Shown one piece after another: positions 46,321-53,710 of a stretch of DNA of 64,000 nucleotides (the first letter of the stretch is position 1; every line of letters begins with the position of its first letter). The notes beneath the pieces are model-generated. The model worked only from the letters and a program-made list of their open reading frames with translations, made no database searches and had not been told where the DNA came from. A program made the translations under genes and the position numbers. Location of the stretch: sequence record OZ195934.1. The stretch is one strand, 5' to 3'.

Positions 46321-46394
46321 CGGAAAAATTCCGTCTCATCTTAGTAGAATTAGTAGTTTTAGTGAAGTTAGTGGTATTAGAGATATTAGAAGTG
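46321..46394. repeat. Palindrome plus six 9-bp TTAG-N5 direct repeats (copy 2)
   Basis: CGGAA-AAA-TTCCG TCTCATC, then TTAG at 46341, 46350, 46359, 46368, 46377, 46386. Confidence 0.9.
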
Positions 46395-46413
46395 AATTAA
46401 TTCAACAAATTTG

Positions 46414-46443
46414 TTGACAACTCTGAATACTTGATGCTAATAT
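46414..46443 (+). promoter_or_regulatory. Class A early promoter
   Basis: TTGACA-18-TAATAT, then TTGAAACGAAG. Confidence 0.65.
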
Positions 46444-46482
46444 ACAGACTCTTGAAACGAAGAAGTATTTTTGTGAGGTTCT

Positions 46483-47016
46483 ATGAACATTAAAGAAGCT
46501 GAATCTGCACTGCAAGACATTGCACTGCTTTCTGCAAGCGAAGATGACGGTGATATTGCAGTTGTTGTATCTTGTGCGGGTATGAACAACTACTACACTG
46601 TGTGTCCGAGTGAGTTCAAGGACTTTTTGGACAACTATGAGGGCTTGAGTTATGTAGCTTTTGATTGGGTAGGCATCCCTGATGATCTGCAAGATGAAGA
46701 AATCGACTTTGACGGTCTACTAGCATGGTTCAATCTAGATGAATCGCAGCGTGAAATCTGCGAATGTCTCTACGATAACAACGTATGCATGTCTTATGAA
46801 GACGCAGCCGAGAAAGTTGATGAATGTAACATCTTCAACGGCTCTGAAGAAGAGTACGCACAAGAAGTTGTGACTGAATTGATGGGTATCAATCTTGATG
46901 ATATGCCAACAATAGTCAGCTCGAACATCAATTGGGGTGATGTGTTCATCGACTTAGACGCCGATGGTAATATTTACAAACTTGAACACGACAAGTTCTT
47001 AACGACGCAGTTCTAA
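46483..47016 (+). CDS. ardA: ArdA-like antirestriction (DNA mimic) protein
   Basis: Highly acidic; FNGSEEEYAQE...DMPTIVSSNINWGDVFIDL resembles the ArdA C-domain. Confidence 0.65.
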   Translation: MNIKEAESALQDIALLSASEDDGDIAVVVSCAGMNNYYTVCPSEFKDFLDNYEGLSYVAFDWVGIPDDLQDEEIDFDGLLAWFNLDESQREICECLYDNNVCMSYEDAAEKVDECNIFNGSEEEYAQEVVTELMGINLDDMPTIVSSNINWGDVFIDLDADGNIYKLEHDKFLTTQF

Positions 47017-47333
47017 TGTCTTTATTCGATGCAAATATGCGTGCTTTACCACAAGGCTATGAGTTCGTAGCGAACGTGCGCGGAACAGTTAAAGAGCTGT
47101 TGCCGCACGTTGAATCTGGTGATTACGTGCGCTGTAGAATGCTTGATGAGTGCGATAAAACGCCACGCGTTGAAATCATACTCAAATCAGGCAACGTTAT
47201 TCTGCAAGAGACGCTTGGGCGATTCGATGGTTGGTTGACGTACGAGGGTCATATTGACCTAGTGACTGACTATCCGTACGAGCATATTCGTGCAGAAGCT
47301 GTTGAGTTTTTTAAAAGGTACGACAATGAGTAG
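47016..47333 (+). CDS. Hypothetical protein
   Basis: 105 aa, coupled. Confidence 0.7.
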   Translation: MSLFDANMRALPQGYEFVANVRGTVKELLPHVESGDYVRCRMLDECDKTPRVEIILKSGNVILQETLGRFDGWLTYEGHIDLVTDYPYEHIRAEAVEFFKRYDNE

Positions 47334-47901
47334 TACAAGCGGTAACGTCAACAAAGACGATTACTACGCTACGCCTGACTGGTTAGTTACTGAGTTCTTA
47401 TTAGAATTCGAGACCAGAATACAACACGAACATGAGAAGAGCATGGCAGGAATGTATGTGCTTGACCCATCGTGTGGTGGCTGTAGCGAACATGACGCTG
47501 CTTACCCTGTTGCATACAAAGACTTGTATCATGTTGACATCGACACGATGGACATTCGTGAAGACTCGCACGCTCAACGCGTGTGTAACTATCTCGAAAC
47601 GCCAGTCGATATGAAGTATGATATGATCATGACTAATCCTCCATTTAGCTTATCAGTAGATTTTGCTGAAAAAGCGTTATCCGAAGTCGATGATGGTGGG
47701 TATGTCGTGATGTTGCAACGATTAAACTGGTTAGGTAGCATTAAGCGCAAGCCGTTCTGGGACGAAGCTCCGTTAAGAGCAGTGCTTGTGCATCACAGAC
47801 GCCCGAGCTTTCACGGTACGAAAGGCACTGACTCGATTGAGTACGCGCACTTTGTATTCCAGAAAGGTTACACGGGTATAGCAGAGTTGATGGTTATATA
47901 G
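47326..47901 (+). CDS. Amino (N6-adenine-type) DNA methyltransferase
   Basis: DYYATP, VLDPSCGG, MTNPPF, MLQRLNWL; true start ATG 47326. Confidence 0.85.
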   Translation: MSSTSGNVNKDDYYATPDWLVTEFLLEFETRIQHEHEKSMAGMYVLDPSCGGCSEHDAAYPVAYKDLYHVDIDTMDIREDSHAQRVCNYLETPVDMKYDMIMTNPPFSLSVDFAEKALSEVDDGGYVVMLQRLNWLGSIKRKPFWDEAPLRAVLVHHRRPSFHGTKGTDSIEYAHFVFQKGYTGIAELMVI

Positions 47902-47936
47902 CTATTACTCACATTGAAACGAACACGGACTAAACA

Positions 47937-48293
47937 ATGAACCAAGTGAATATTTCATCATGCAACGGCTCAGTAACAGTAAACGGGGTCAGTTACAAAG
48001 GTAACAACGTATCAGTCAGCAACGGCAAAGTCGTTATTGATGGCGTTGCTCAAGGCGACGTAGCCGAATCAAAGAACATCGTGATTACCGTACAAGGTAA
48101 CGTGGGTTCAGTTCAATCACCAGATGGTACTATCATCGTACACGGTGACGTATCTGGTGATGTTCAGTCAACTAATGGCGACATTGAAGCTGAGGGTGTG
48201 GGCGGTAACGTAACTACGACTAATGGCGATGTTGACTGTTGGGAAGTCGCAGGTGCTGTGACTACAACTAACGGTGATATCAATCACAAATAA
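47937..48293 (+). CDS. Beta-helix repeat protein (DUF4097-like)
   Basis: Repeats of G(D/N)V.(S/T)TNGD(I/V). Confidence 0.8.
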   Translation: MNQVNISSCNGSVTVNGVSYKGNNVSVSNGKVVIDGVAQGDVAESKNIVITVQGNVGSVQSPDGTIIVHGDVSGDVQSTNGDIEAEGVGGNVTTTNGDVDCWEVAGAVTTTNGDINHK

Positions 48294-48302
48294 GGAACGA
48301 AT

Positions 48303-48587
48303 ATGTCTGATAAAGACTTCTTTGGTCGCGTCATTAAAGACGGCGACTTTCTATACCGAGCGAAGAACGCAGGTCGTAGCTACACAACTGAGATCATTCT
48401 AGTTGTTGATTGCCCTGATGGTAAGCGTCGCTACGTGGCAGTGACTGGTTACGGCAGCAATGCCAAGCTACCAACGCCGAGTCGTGCAATGATCGTCGAT
48501 CCTAAACTAGTCGAGGTCAATTACAATCCAAATTACCTCAATGCGATTGAAAAAGCAATCACGATGAAAATTCAAAAAATCTCTTGA
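48303..48587 (+). CDS. Hypothetical protein
   Basis: 94 aa; KDFFGRVIKDGD. Confidence 0.75.
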   Translation: MSDKDFFGRVIKDGDFLYRAKNAGRSYTTEIILVVDCPDGKRRYVAVTGYGSNAKLPTPSRAMIVDPKLVEVNYNPNYLNAIEKAITMKIQKIS

Positions 48588-48612
48588 TCAACTGACTTGA
48601 ATAGTGTACACT
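48584..48612 (+). promoter_or_regulatory. Early promoter for the rII region
   Basis: TTGATC-17-TACACT. Confidence 0.65.
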
Positions 48613-48634
48613 GCTCGAAAAGAGGAGTGACACT

Positions 48635-48772
48635 ATGATAGAGAACATGATTCGAGATATGCTAGAGTCTGAAATTGATGTTGAAGACATTCTAGAAACC
48701 TTGACTGAAGAGTATGGCATGGACACTGCTGATGCAGTCGCAGCCATATGTGAAATAGATAATGAAACTTAG
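48635..48772 (+). CDS. Small acidic protein (45 aa) upstream of rIIA
   Basis: MIENMIRDMLESEIDVEDILETLTEEY..., GAGGAG RBS; not in the ORF track. Confidence 0.7.
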   Translation: MIENMIRDMLESEIDVEDILETLTEEYGMDTADAVAAICEIDNET

Positions 48773-48780
48773 AGACAAAT

Positions 48781-50892
48781 ATGATTATTCACACTCCTGA
48801 TTCAACCGTACAAACGTCTGGTAAGATGCGTACGGCTGGTTTTAATATGAAAGCAAGTGCCAAAGGCTTTCGCATCATTTCAACAACGCTTTACAAAGAT
48901 CCAATTCTAGCTATTGTGCGTGAGCTAACGTGTAATGGCTGGGATGCTCATCAAATGAATGGCAACAAAGACACGGCAATCGAAGTACACTTACCGAACC
49001 AGTTTGAACCTTGGTTCAGTGTGAAAGATTTCGGCTGTGGTATGTCTGATGATGATATCTTTGGCGTTTACACAACTGTTTTCGACTCAACGAAAGACGA
49101 CTCGAACGACGTTATTGGCGCAATGGGTCTTGGTTCAAAGACACCGTTCAGCTACAACAACGGTCAATCGTTTACTGTTAAGTCAGTCAAAGACGGTCTG
49201 AAAGCTGTGTACTCTGCATATCTTGATCGTGGTGAGCCTGCTATCACGTGTATGAACGAGCCTGCACCAACTGATGAACCAGATGGCGTAGAAGTTATCG
49301 TTCCTGTGCGTAAAGAAGACTTCAGTCGCTTCAAAGACGCTGCAAACAGTGTAATGCCGTACTTCAAGTCGCCTGTTGTTGACACCAATATCGCGCTAGA
49401 TAAACGCGAGTTCGTACACATGGATGGCTACTACACTGAGACGAAGACTTACCACTATCGTTCAACTAACGTGTACGCAGTGATGGGTAACGTTTGCTAT
49501 CCGCTGAACTCTGGTTACATTGAAGGCATCAATGATGTGCGTAGCTACTTCAAGTCAAGTGATCTATACATTGAATTCGCTATCGGTGAGCTAGATGTAA
49601 GTGCGTCACGTGAAGAGTTGCACTATGATGACCGTACAATCGAGAACATCAATACACGTGTCAATGAAATCAACGAAGGTTTCTTGAAACAGTCGCAAGA
49701 TTGGGTCGATGAGCAGAACTTTAAGCATATCAGTGAAGCATGGCGCGCTTGTGATAATCGCTTCAGTGACGTGATCATGGGTAAGATGATGTTTGGCGAT
49801 GTTAAAGTCAACACATATCGCGACCAAATTCAGCGTGAGTTCTTGATCGATGACAAGCGTGGGCTTGGTGGTAAGACAGTGATGTTCCGTCCAGAGTCAA
49901 TGAACAAAGAGGGCGTTGCGCGTCGTACTGATTATCATCGTGCGTCTGACATTCTTGATGTGCGTCGCGACTTCGAAGCTAAACCAATCATGGTTGTTCA
50001 CGATGACTTGAAGACTGGTGGTGTTAGCATTGTCAAAGAGTACGTTCGTCAAACTCGTAATGCTGTGTATTACCATCACGACGAGAAATACTCAACGACT
50101 GGTACGATTCTGCTGTTGAAAGCGCGTCTGCGTGACAGTGAATACGTTGTGCTTAAAACGTCTGACTTGAAAGCTGACTACACGCCAGAGAAGAAGCCGA
50201 AGAGCAAGAACGCCAAACCAGTAGCGCGTACTGTTCAACTGTATCGCGTGACGATTGGTGAAGACGACGTGCGCTCGATTGATGTTCATGAGCTTGATAA
50301 GAAAGTTCTACGTGAAGATGGTGTTCACTTCGTGAGCTTGTATCGTGACTACATCGAACGCAACATCGGTGATGAACATGGCATGGAATACAATCGCGGT
50401 GTTGGTCTTGTTGAAACGATCATGCGTCTGAAAAATCTTAAAGAAGTGTATATCGTGCGTCGTGGTGAGATTGAACACATCAAATCAAACAAGAACGCGA
50501 TTAATCTTTTCGATTTGAAGTTTAACAAGCGTGAAGTACGTAGTAAAATCGACTGGAAGACGTACACGATCACTGACAATCTACACGGGTGGCGTTGTGC
50601 GCTTAAATCTGCGTGGTACAATGATGCAGTGCGCGAGTGCTTCGGCTATGAACGTACCGAACACACATGCAACACAACTATCGACCGTTTGTGTTCTGAA
50701 TTCCCAGTTATCAAGCAAGTGCGCGAAGCTGAGAAAGAAAAGCATTTAGCGAAACTGATGAAGATTCAAGAGAATCCGCGCTATCAGTTAGCATGGAACT
50801 TGATTGACAACTGCACGTCTAATTCAGATGCGCAACAACTAATGACCCTATTGAGAGGAAAACGTAATGGTAAACTTACCAATCGAAACTAA
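48781..50892 (+). CDS. rIIA: rIIA protein
   Basis: LYKDPILAIVRELTCNGWDAH, VKDFGCGMS, STK, IGAMGLGSKTPFSY (GHKL). Confidence 0.95.
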   Translation: MIIHTPDSTVQTSGKMRTAGFNMKASAKGFRIISTTLYKDPILAIVRELTCNGWDAHQMNGNKDTAIEVHLPNQFEPWFSVKDFGCGMSDDDIFGVYTTVFDSTKDDSNDVIGAMGLGSKTPFSYNNGQSFTVKSVKDGLKAVYSAYLDRGEPAITCMNEPAPTDEPDGVEVIVPVRKEDFSRFKDAANSVMPYFKSPVVDTNIALDKREFVHMDGYYTETKTYHYRSTNVYAVMGNVCYPLNSGYIEGINDVRSYFKSSDLYIEFAIGELDVSASREELHYDDRTIENINTRVNEINEGFLKQSQDWVDEQNFKHISEAWRACDNRFSDVIMGKMMFGDVKVNTYRDQIQREFLIDDKRGLGGKTVMFRPESMNKEGVARRTDYHRASDILDVRRDFEAKPIMVVHDDLKTGGVSIVKEYVRQTRNAVYYHHDEKYSTTGTILLLKARLRDSEYVVLKTSDLKADYTPEKKPKSKNAKPVARTVQLYRVTIGEDDVRSIDVHELDKKVLREDGVHFVSLYRDYIERNIGDEHGMEYNRGVGLVETIMRLKNLKEVYIVRRGEIEHIKSNKNAINLFDLKFNKREVRSKIDWKTYTITDNLHGWRCALKSAWYNDAVRECFGYERTEHTCNTTIDRLCSEFPVIKQVREAEKEKHLAKLMKIQENPRYQLAWNLIDNCTSNSDAQQLMTLLRGKRNGKLTNRN
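50520..50549 (+). promoter_or_regulatory. Class B promoter inside rIIA (for rIIB)
   Basis: GTTTAAC-17-TAAAAT. Confidence 0.55.
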
Positions 50893-51952
50893 GCAGTCTA
50901 TTGTAAAAGCGTCAGCTAATGGCGTTACGCAGAAAGACAATGCAGCACAACACGGCACTTCGCCAACAACTCTTCGCCGTGTTCTCGCTGAACACCGCGA
51001 GGGTAAGTTTAGTCTTCAGACTGCGAAGAAAGTCGTTAAGCAACGCAAGCCGCGTAAAGAACAAACGCCAGATGAAGCAGCGGCATTCGCGAAGAATCTA
51101 AGCAAATTGCTTGGTACTGAAGTGAAAACTACTAAGAAAGCAGAGAAAACACCTGCGCAGCAAGTGAAAGCTGCTAAGGAACGCAAGCCGTTAGCTGAAG
51201 CACAGATGAACAACGTTGCTGAAGCTGAGTTCGCATACGTTATCACACCAGTGAACGTGTCATTCAGTTTTGAAGGCGAAGCATACTCTGCTGACTTCAC
51301 CGCGACGAACTACTCTAAGATTGTTGCAGCACTGATTGATAACGATGGTGCGAAAGCTGTATCGTTGCTTGATGTAGCGAAAGGCATCGAAGAGTTCATG
51401 CTTGGCAACGTAGTTGTTAAGGGTGGCGTTGTTAAGTATCGTGATCTAGACATCGACGGTGGCATGACTACTCGCATTCTAGAAGCGATGGAGCAAGGCG
51501 ACCAGAAGCAAGTCACTAAGCTTGTGAAGTTCTTCGAGAATCTAATCAACAACCCGTCTCGTCGTGCTGTTGAAGAGCTGTATGGCTTCCTAGAAGCTGC
51601 TGACATCGAGCTTACCGACGATGGTCACTTCTTAGCATACAAGAAGATTCGCGATAACTGGAAAGATGTACACAGCAACACTATGTACAACAAACCGGGC
51701 ATGACTGTGTGGATGCAACGTCATGACGTGAACGACGACAAAGACCAAACATGTTCTGCCGGTCTGCACGTGTGTTCTAAAGGTTATCTGAGCAGCTTTG
51801 GTGGTGCACGCACTATCATGTGTAAAGTGAACCCGCGTGATGTCGTGTCAGTACCGAGCGACTACAACAACACGAAACTTCGCTGTAATGAGTATCTGGT
51901 TCTGCATGAATTAGATCCAAATACACTGAAACCGCTCAAGGTTGAGAAGTAG
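50867..51952 (+). CDS. rIIB: rIIB protein
   Basis: N-terminal HTH; ELYGFL, DGHFLAYKK, CSAGLHVC, KVNPRDVVSVPSDYNNTKLRC. Confidence 0.95.
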   Translation: MVNLPIETKQSIVKASANGVTQKDNAAQHGTSPTTLRRVLAEHREGKFSLQTAKKVVKQRKPRKEQTPDEAAAFAKNLSKLLGTEVKTTKKAEKTPAQQVKAAKERKPLAEAQMNNVAEAEFAYVITPVNVSFSFEGEAYSADFTATNYSKIVAALIDNDGAKAVSLLDVAKGIEEFMLGNVVVKGGVVKYRDLDIDGGMTTRILEAMEQGDQKQVTKLVKFFENLINNPSRRAVEELYGFLEAADIELTDDGHFLAYKKIRDNWKDVHSNTMYNKPGMTVWMQRHDVNDDKDQTCSAGLHVCSKGYLSSFGGARTIMCKVNPRDVVSVPSDYNNTKLRCNEYLVLHELDPNTLKPLKVEK

Positions 51953-51969
51953 ATCACAAAAACTATCAC

Positions 51970-52023
51970 AAAAGGGTTGCTTTGGCAACCCTTTTTGCGT
52001 ATTATAGCTCTATCGAAACAAAC
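51970..52023 (+). promoter_or_regulatory. Fused terminator / early promoter cassette (PeSL-like)
   Basis: AAAAGGGTTGC-TTTG-GCAACCCTTTTT; TTGCTT-17-TATTAT; ATCGAAACAAAC. Confidence 0.85.
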
Positions 52024-52036
52024 AAGAGAGAACATT

Positions 52037-52360
52037 ATGAACATCATGAATGCACAAGACCTGCGAATCGTTGAAGAACTTATCGAGCAGAAAGACGCGA
52101 CTGTTGTCGAAAAGTCTGACTATCGCGCTGCAATGGCATTTGCTTATGGTAGTATGTCTGCACCACAACGCGAGATCTTCAAGACTTATCATAGCCCTTA
52201 CTTAGCTGAACGCTATGACATTGAATACTGCACTGATACGCAAGTAATCTTGCCGACTGGTCACTTGAAGACTGCAATCGCGTTCGTCAAAGACGTTCTA
52301 CCAACGCAAGAAATTGATATTTTGAAGCGTGACTTTCAATTTGACTTAGGGATACTGTAA
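52037..52360 (+). CDS. Hypothetical early protein
   Basis: True start ATG 52037. Confidence 0.8.
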   Translation: MNIMNAQDLRIVEELIEQKDATVVEKSDYRAAMAFAYGSMSAPQREIFKTYHSPYLAERYDIEYCTDTQVILPTGHLKTAIAFVKDVLPTQEIDILKRDFQFDLGIL

Positions 52361-52884
52361 TGAAACGAATACTAATAGCTGCGATGCTAGTTCTCGGACT
52401 AGCAGCGTGTGACAACAACACTGCAACGATACCGACTGCGTATCAAGAAGGCGTGCAGCCTATTGACAGTGAGTTTCCCGATAACTCTCTCGATGCTGGT
52501 GGTCTTGATTGGGCGCATGAAGCTGTAGAAGAGACTGATCATTCGTTTGATGAGTATGATGACAGTGATAGCGGATTTGATTGGGGCGACGCTGCGATTG
52601 GTTTTGTAGCTGCTGAAGTGATTGACGATGTGTTTGATTCGAGTAGCAGCAAGACAACGACTAAAACAGTCTACGTGCCAGTGTCTGATACTAAGAGTAC
52701 ACAGCCAAAAGCAGTAACGACTAGCACGAAGTCTGTTGCACCGACGACTAAGAAAGTAGTTAAGCCAAAAGCGAAGACTAAACAATCTAAGCCAAAAGCG
52801 AAGAAGAAGAAAAAGAAGAAGTCTAAGAGCAAGCCACCTAAGAAGAAAAAGAAGAAGAAAAAGAAGAAGAAAAAGAAACGTTAA
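52360..52884 (+). CDS. Lipoprotein with acidic core and poly-lysine tail
   Basis: Lipobox LAAC-D; C-terminus K7-SKSKPP-K13-R. Confidence 0.8.
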   Translation: MKRILIAAMLVLGLAACDNNTATIPTAYQEGVQPIDSEFPDNSLDAGGLDWAHEAVEETDHSFDEYDDSDSGFDWGDAAIGFVAAEVIDDVFDSSSSKTTTKTVYVPVSDTKSTQPKAVTTSTKSVAPTTKKVVKPKAKTKQSKPKAKKKKKKKSKSKPPKKKKKKKKKKKKKR

Positions 52885-52889
52885 GACCT

Positions 52890-52917
52890 AAAAAAGGGAG
52901 CTATATGCTCCCTTTTT
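52890..52917. terminator. Bidirectional terminator
   Basis: A6-GGGAGC-TATAT-GCTCCC-T5. Confidence 0.9.
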
Positions 52918-52918
52918 G

Positions 52919-53479
52919 CTATTTCTTTTTAGCTGCAAGCGTTTTAGCACGCTTAGTTGCTGTTGATATAGCTTTTAGTTCTTTTTCCATCTTGGCTAAG
53001 TCGCTGACAAACTTCTCTGAGTTCTTGATGTCGCTACGCAGTGCGCCTTTCGATGTCGCGATGTCTAAATCGCTATTCAAGCTCGTACGGAGCTTGTGAG
53101 TCAAGAATGTCGCACGCTCGATGTCTTGCTCGAACTTAGCTACTTTCTTCGGCGTCACTTCAGTGTCTTTGCTTACCGATTGGTACTTTTCAATGCGCTT
53201 CATTAGCTTTTTCAGCTCTTTGTAGTCTTTACGTGCTTGACCGCCTGCGAACAACGCACCACCAATCAAACCATTGATGCCCATACTAATTGCGCCCCAC
53301 GTTGCCAATGGAATTGCAAGAGCAAGACCGCCAGTAGCTGCACCTGCACCTGCTGCACCAAGAGCACCAATTGTTGCACCTGCAACTGCACCGGTAGCTG
53401 CTGCTCGTTTAGCCCATTGGCTGATTGTTGCCTCATCGAGTGGTTTTACTTCGAACTCGTCGAATGTTTTTAATTCCAT
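52919..53479 (-). CDS. Glycine-zipper membrane protein with capsid-targeting-like N-terminus
   Basis: MELKTFDEF...LDEA; GAVAGATIGALGAAGAGAATGG...GLIGG; basic helical C-terminus. Confidence 0.85.
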   Translation of the reverse strand: MELKTFDEFEVKPLDEATISQWAKRAAATGAVAGATIGALGAAGAGAATGGLALAIPLATWGAISMGINGLIGGALFAGGQARKDYKELKKLMKRIEKYQSVSKDTEVTPKKVAKFEQDIERATFLTHKLRTSLNSDLDIATSKGALRSDIKNSEKFVSDLAKMEKELKAISTATKRAKTLAAKKK

Positions 53480-53498
53480 GTGAATCCCTTATTAAAAG

Positions 53499-53566
53499 TG
53501 AGAGAGCGCGACCATCGAACCAATACTCGCAGTGACCGTGCGAAGAAACTCGGTCACACTCCCTCA
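53499..53566 (-). ncRNA. Candidate structured RNA leader (three-way junction)
   Basis: P1 TGAGGGAG/CTCTCTCA, P2 GTGACCG/CGGTCAC, P3 GCGA/TCGC with inner ATTG/CGAT; G-U pairs favour the minus strand. Confidence 0.5.
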
Positions 53567-53582
53567 AAACTGTGTTATATTA

Positions 53583-53589
53583 TATTTAG
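53583..53589 (-). promoter_or_regulatory. Late promoter variant (CTAAATA)
   Basis: + strand tatttag, about 17 nt upstream of the structured leader. Confidence 0.55.
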
Positions 53590-53642
53590 TGACAACTATT
53601 AATAAGAATGTCGTTTATAGCTCATTTAACTGAAAATAGTTG

Positions 53643-53671
53643 TTGATTAAAGTGTAAAAATGACGTACTAT
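53643..53671 (+). promoter_or_regulatory. Early promoter
   Basis: TTGATT-17-TACTAT. Confidence 0.65.
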
Positions 53672-53710
53672 GACGTAAATCAATATGAACTGCTTAAAAA
53701 GGACACAATC

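Noticed and set aside
2509-46394. CRISPR mini-array interpretation of the TTAG-N5 repeats
   Set aside because: The 4-nt repeats and 5-nt spacers are far too short and no cas gene is seen.
52801-52880. Sequencing artefact or microsatellite in the AAG-rich run
   Set aside because: It stays in frame with interspersed AAA, TCT, AGC and CCA codons and ends in a normal stop and terminator.
53499-53566. tRNA gene (7-bp closing stem, GGTTCGA)
   Set aside because: Only two internal arms, no anticodon arm or canonical T-stem geometry and no CCA; kept only as a structured RNA candidate.
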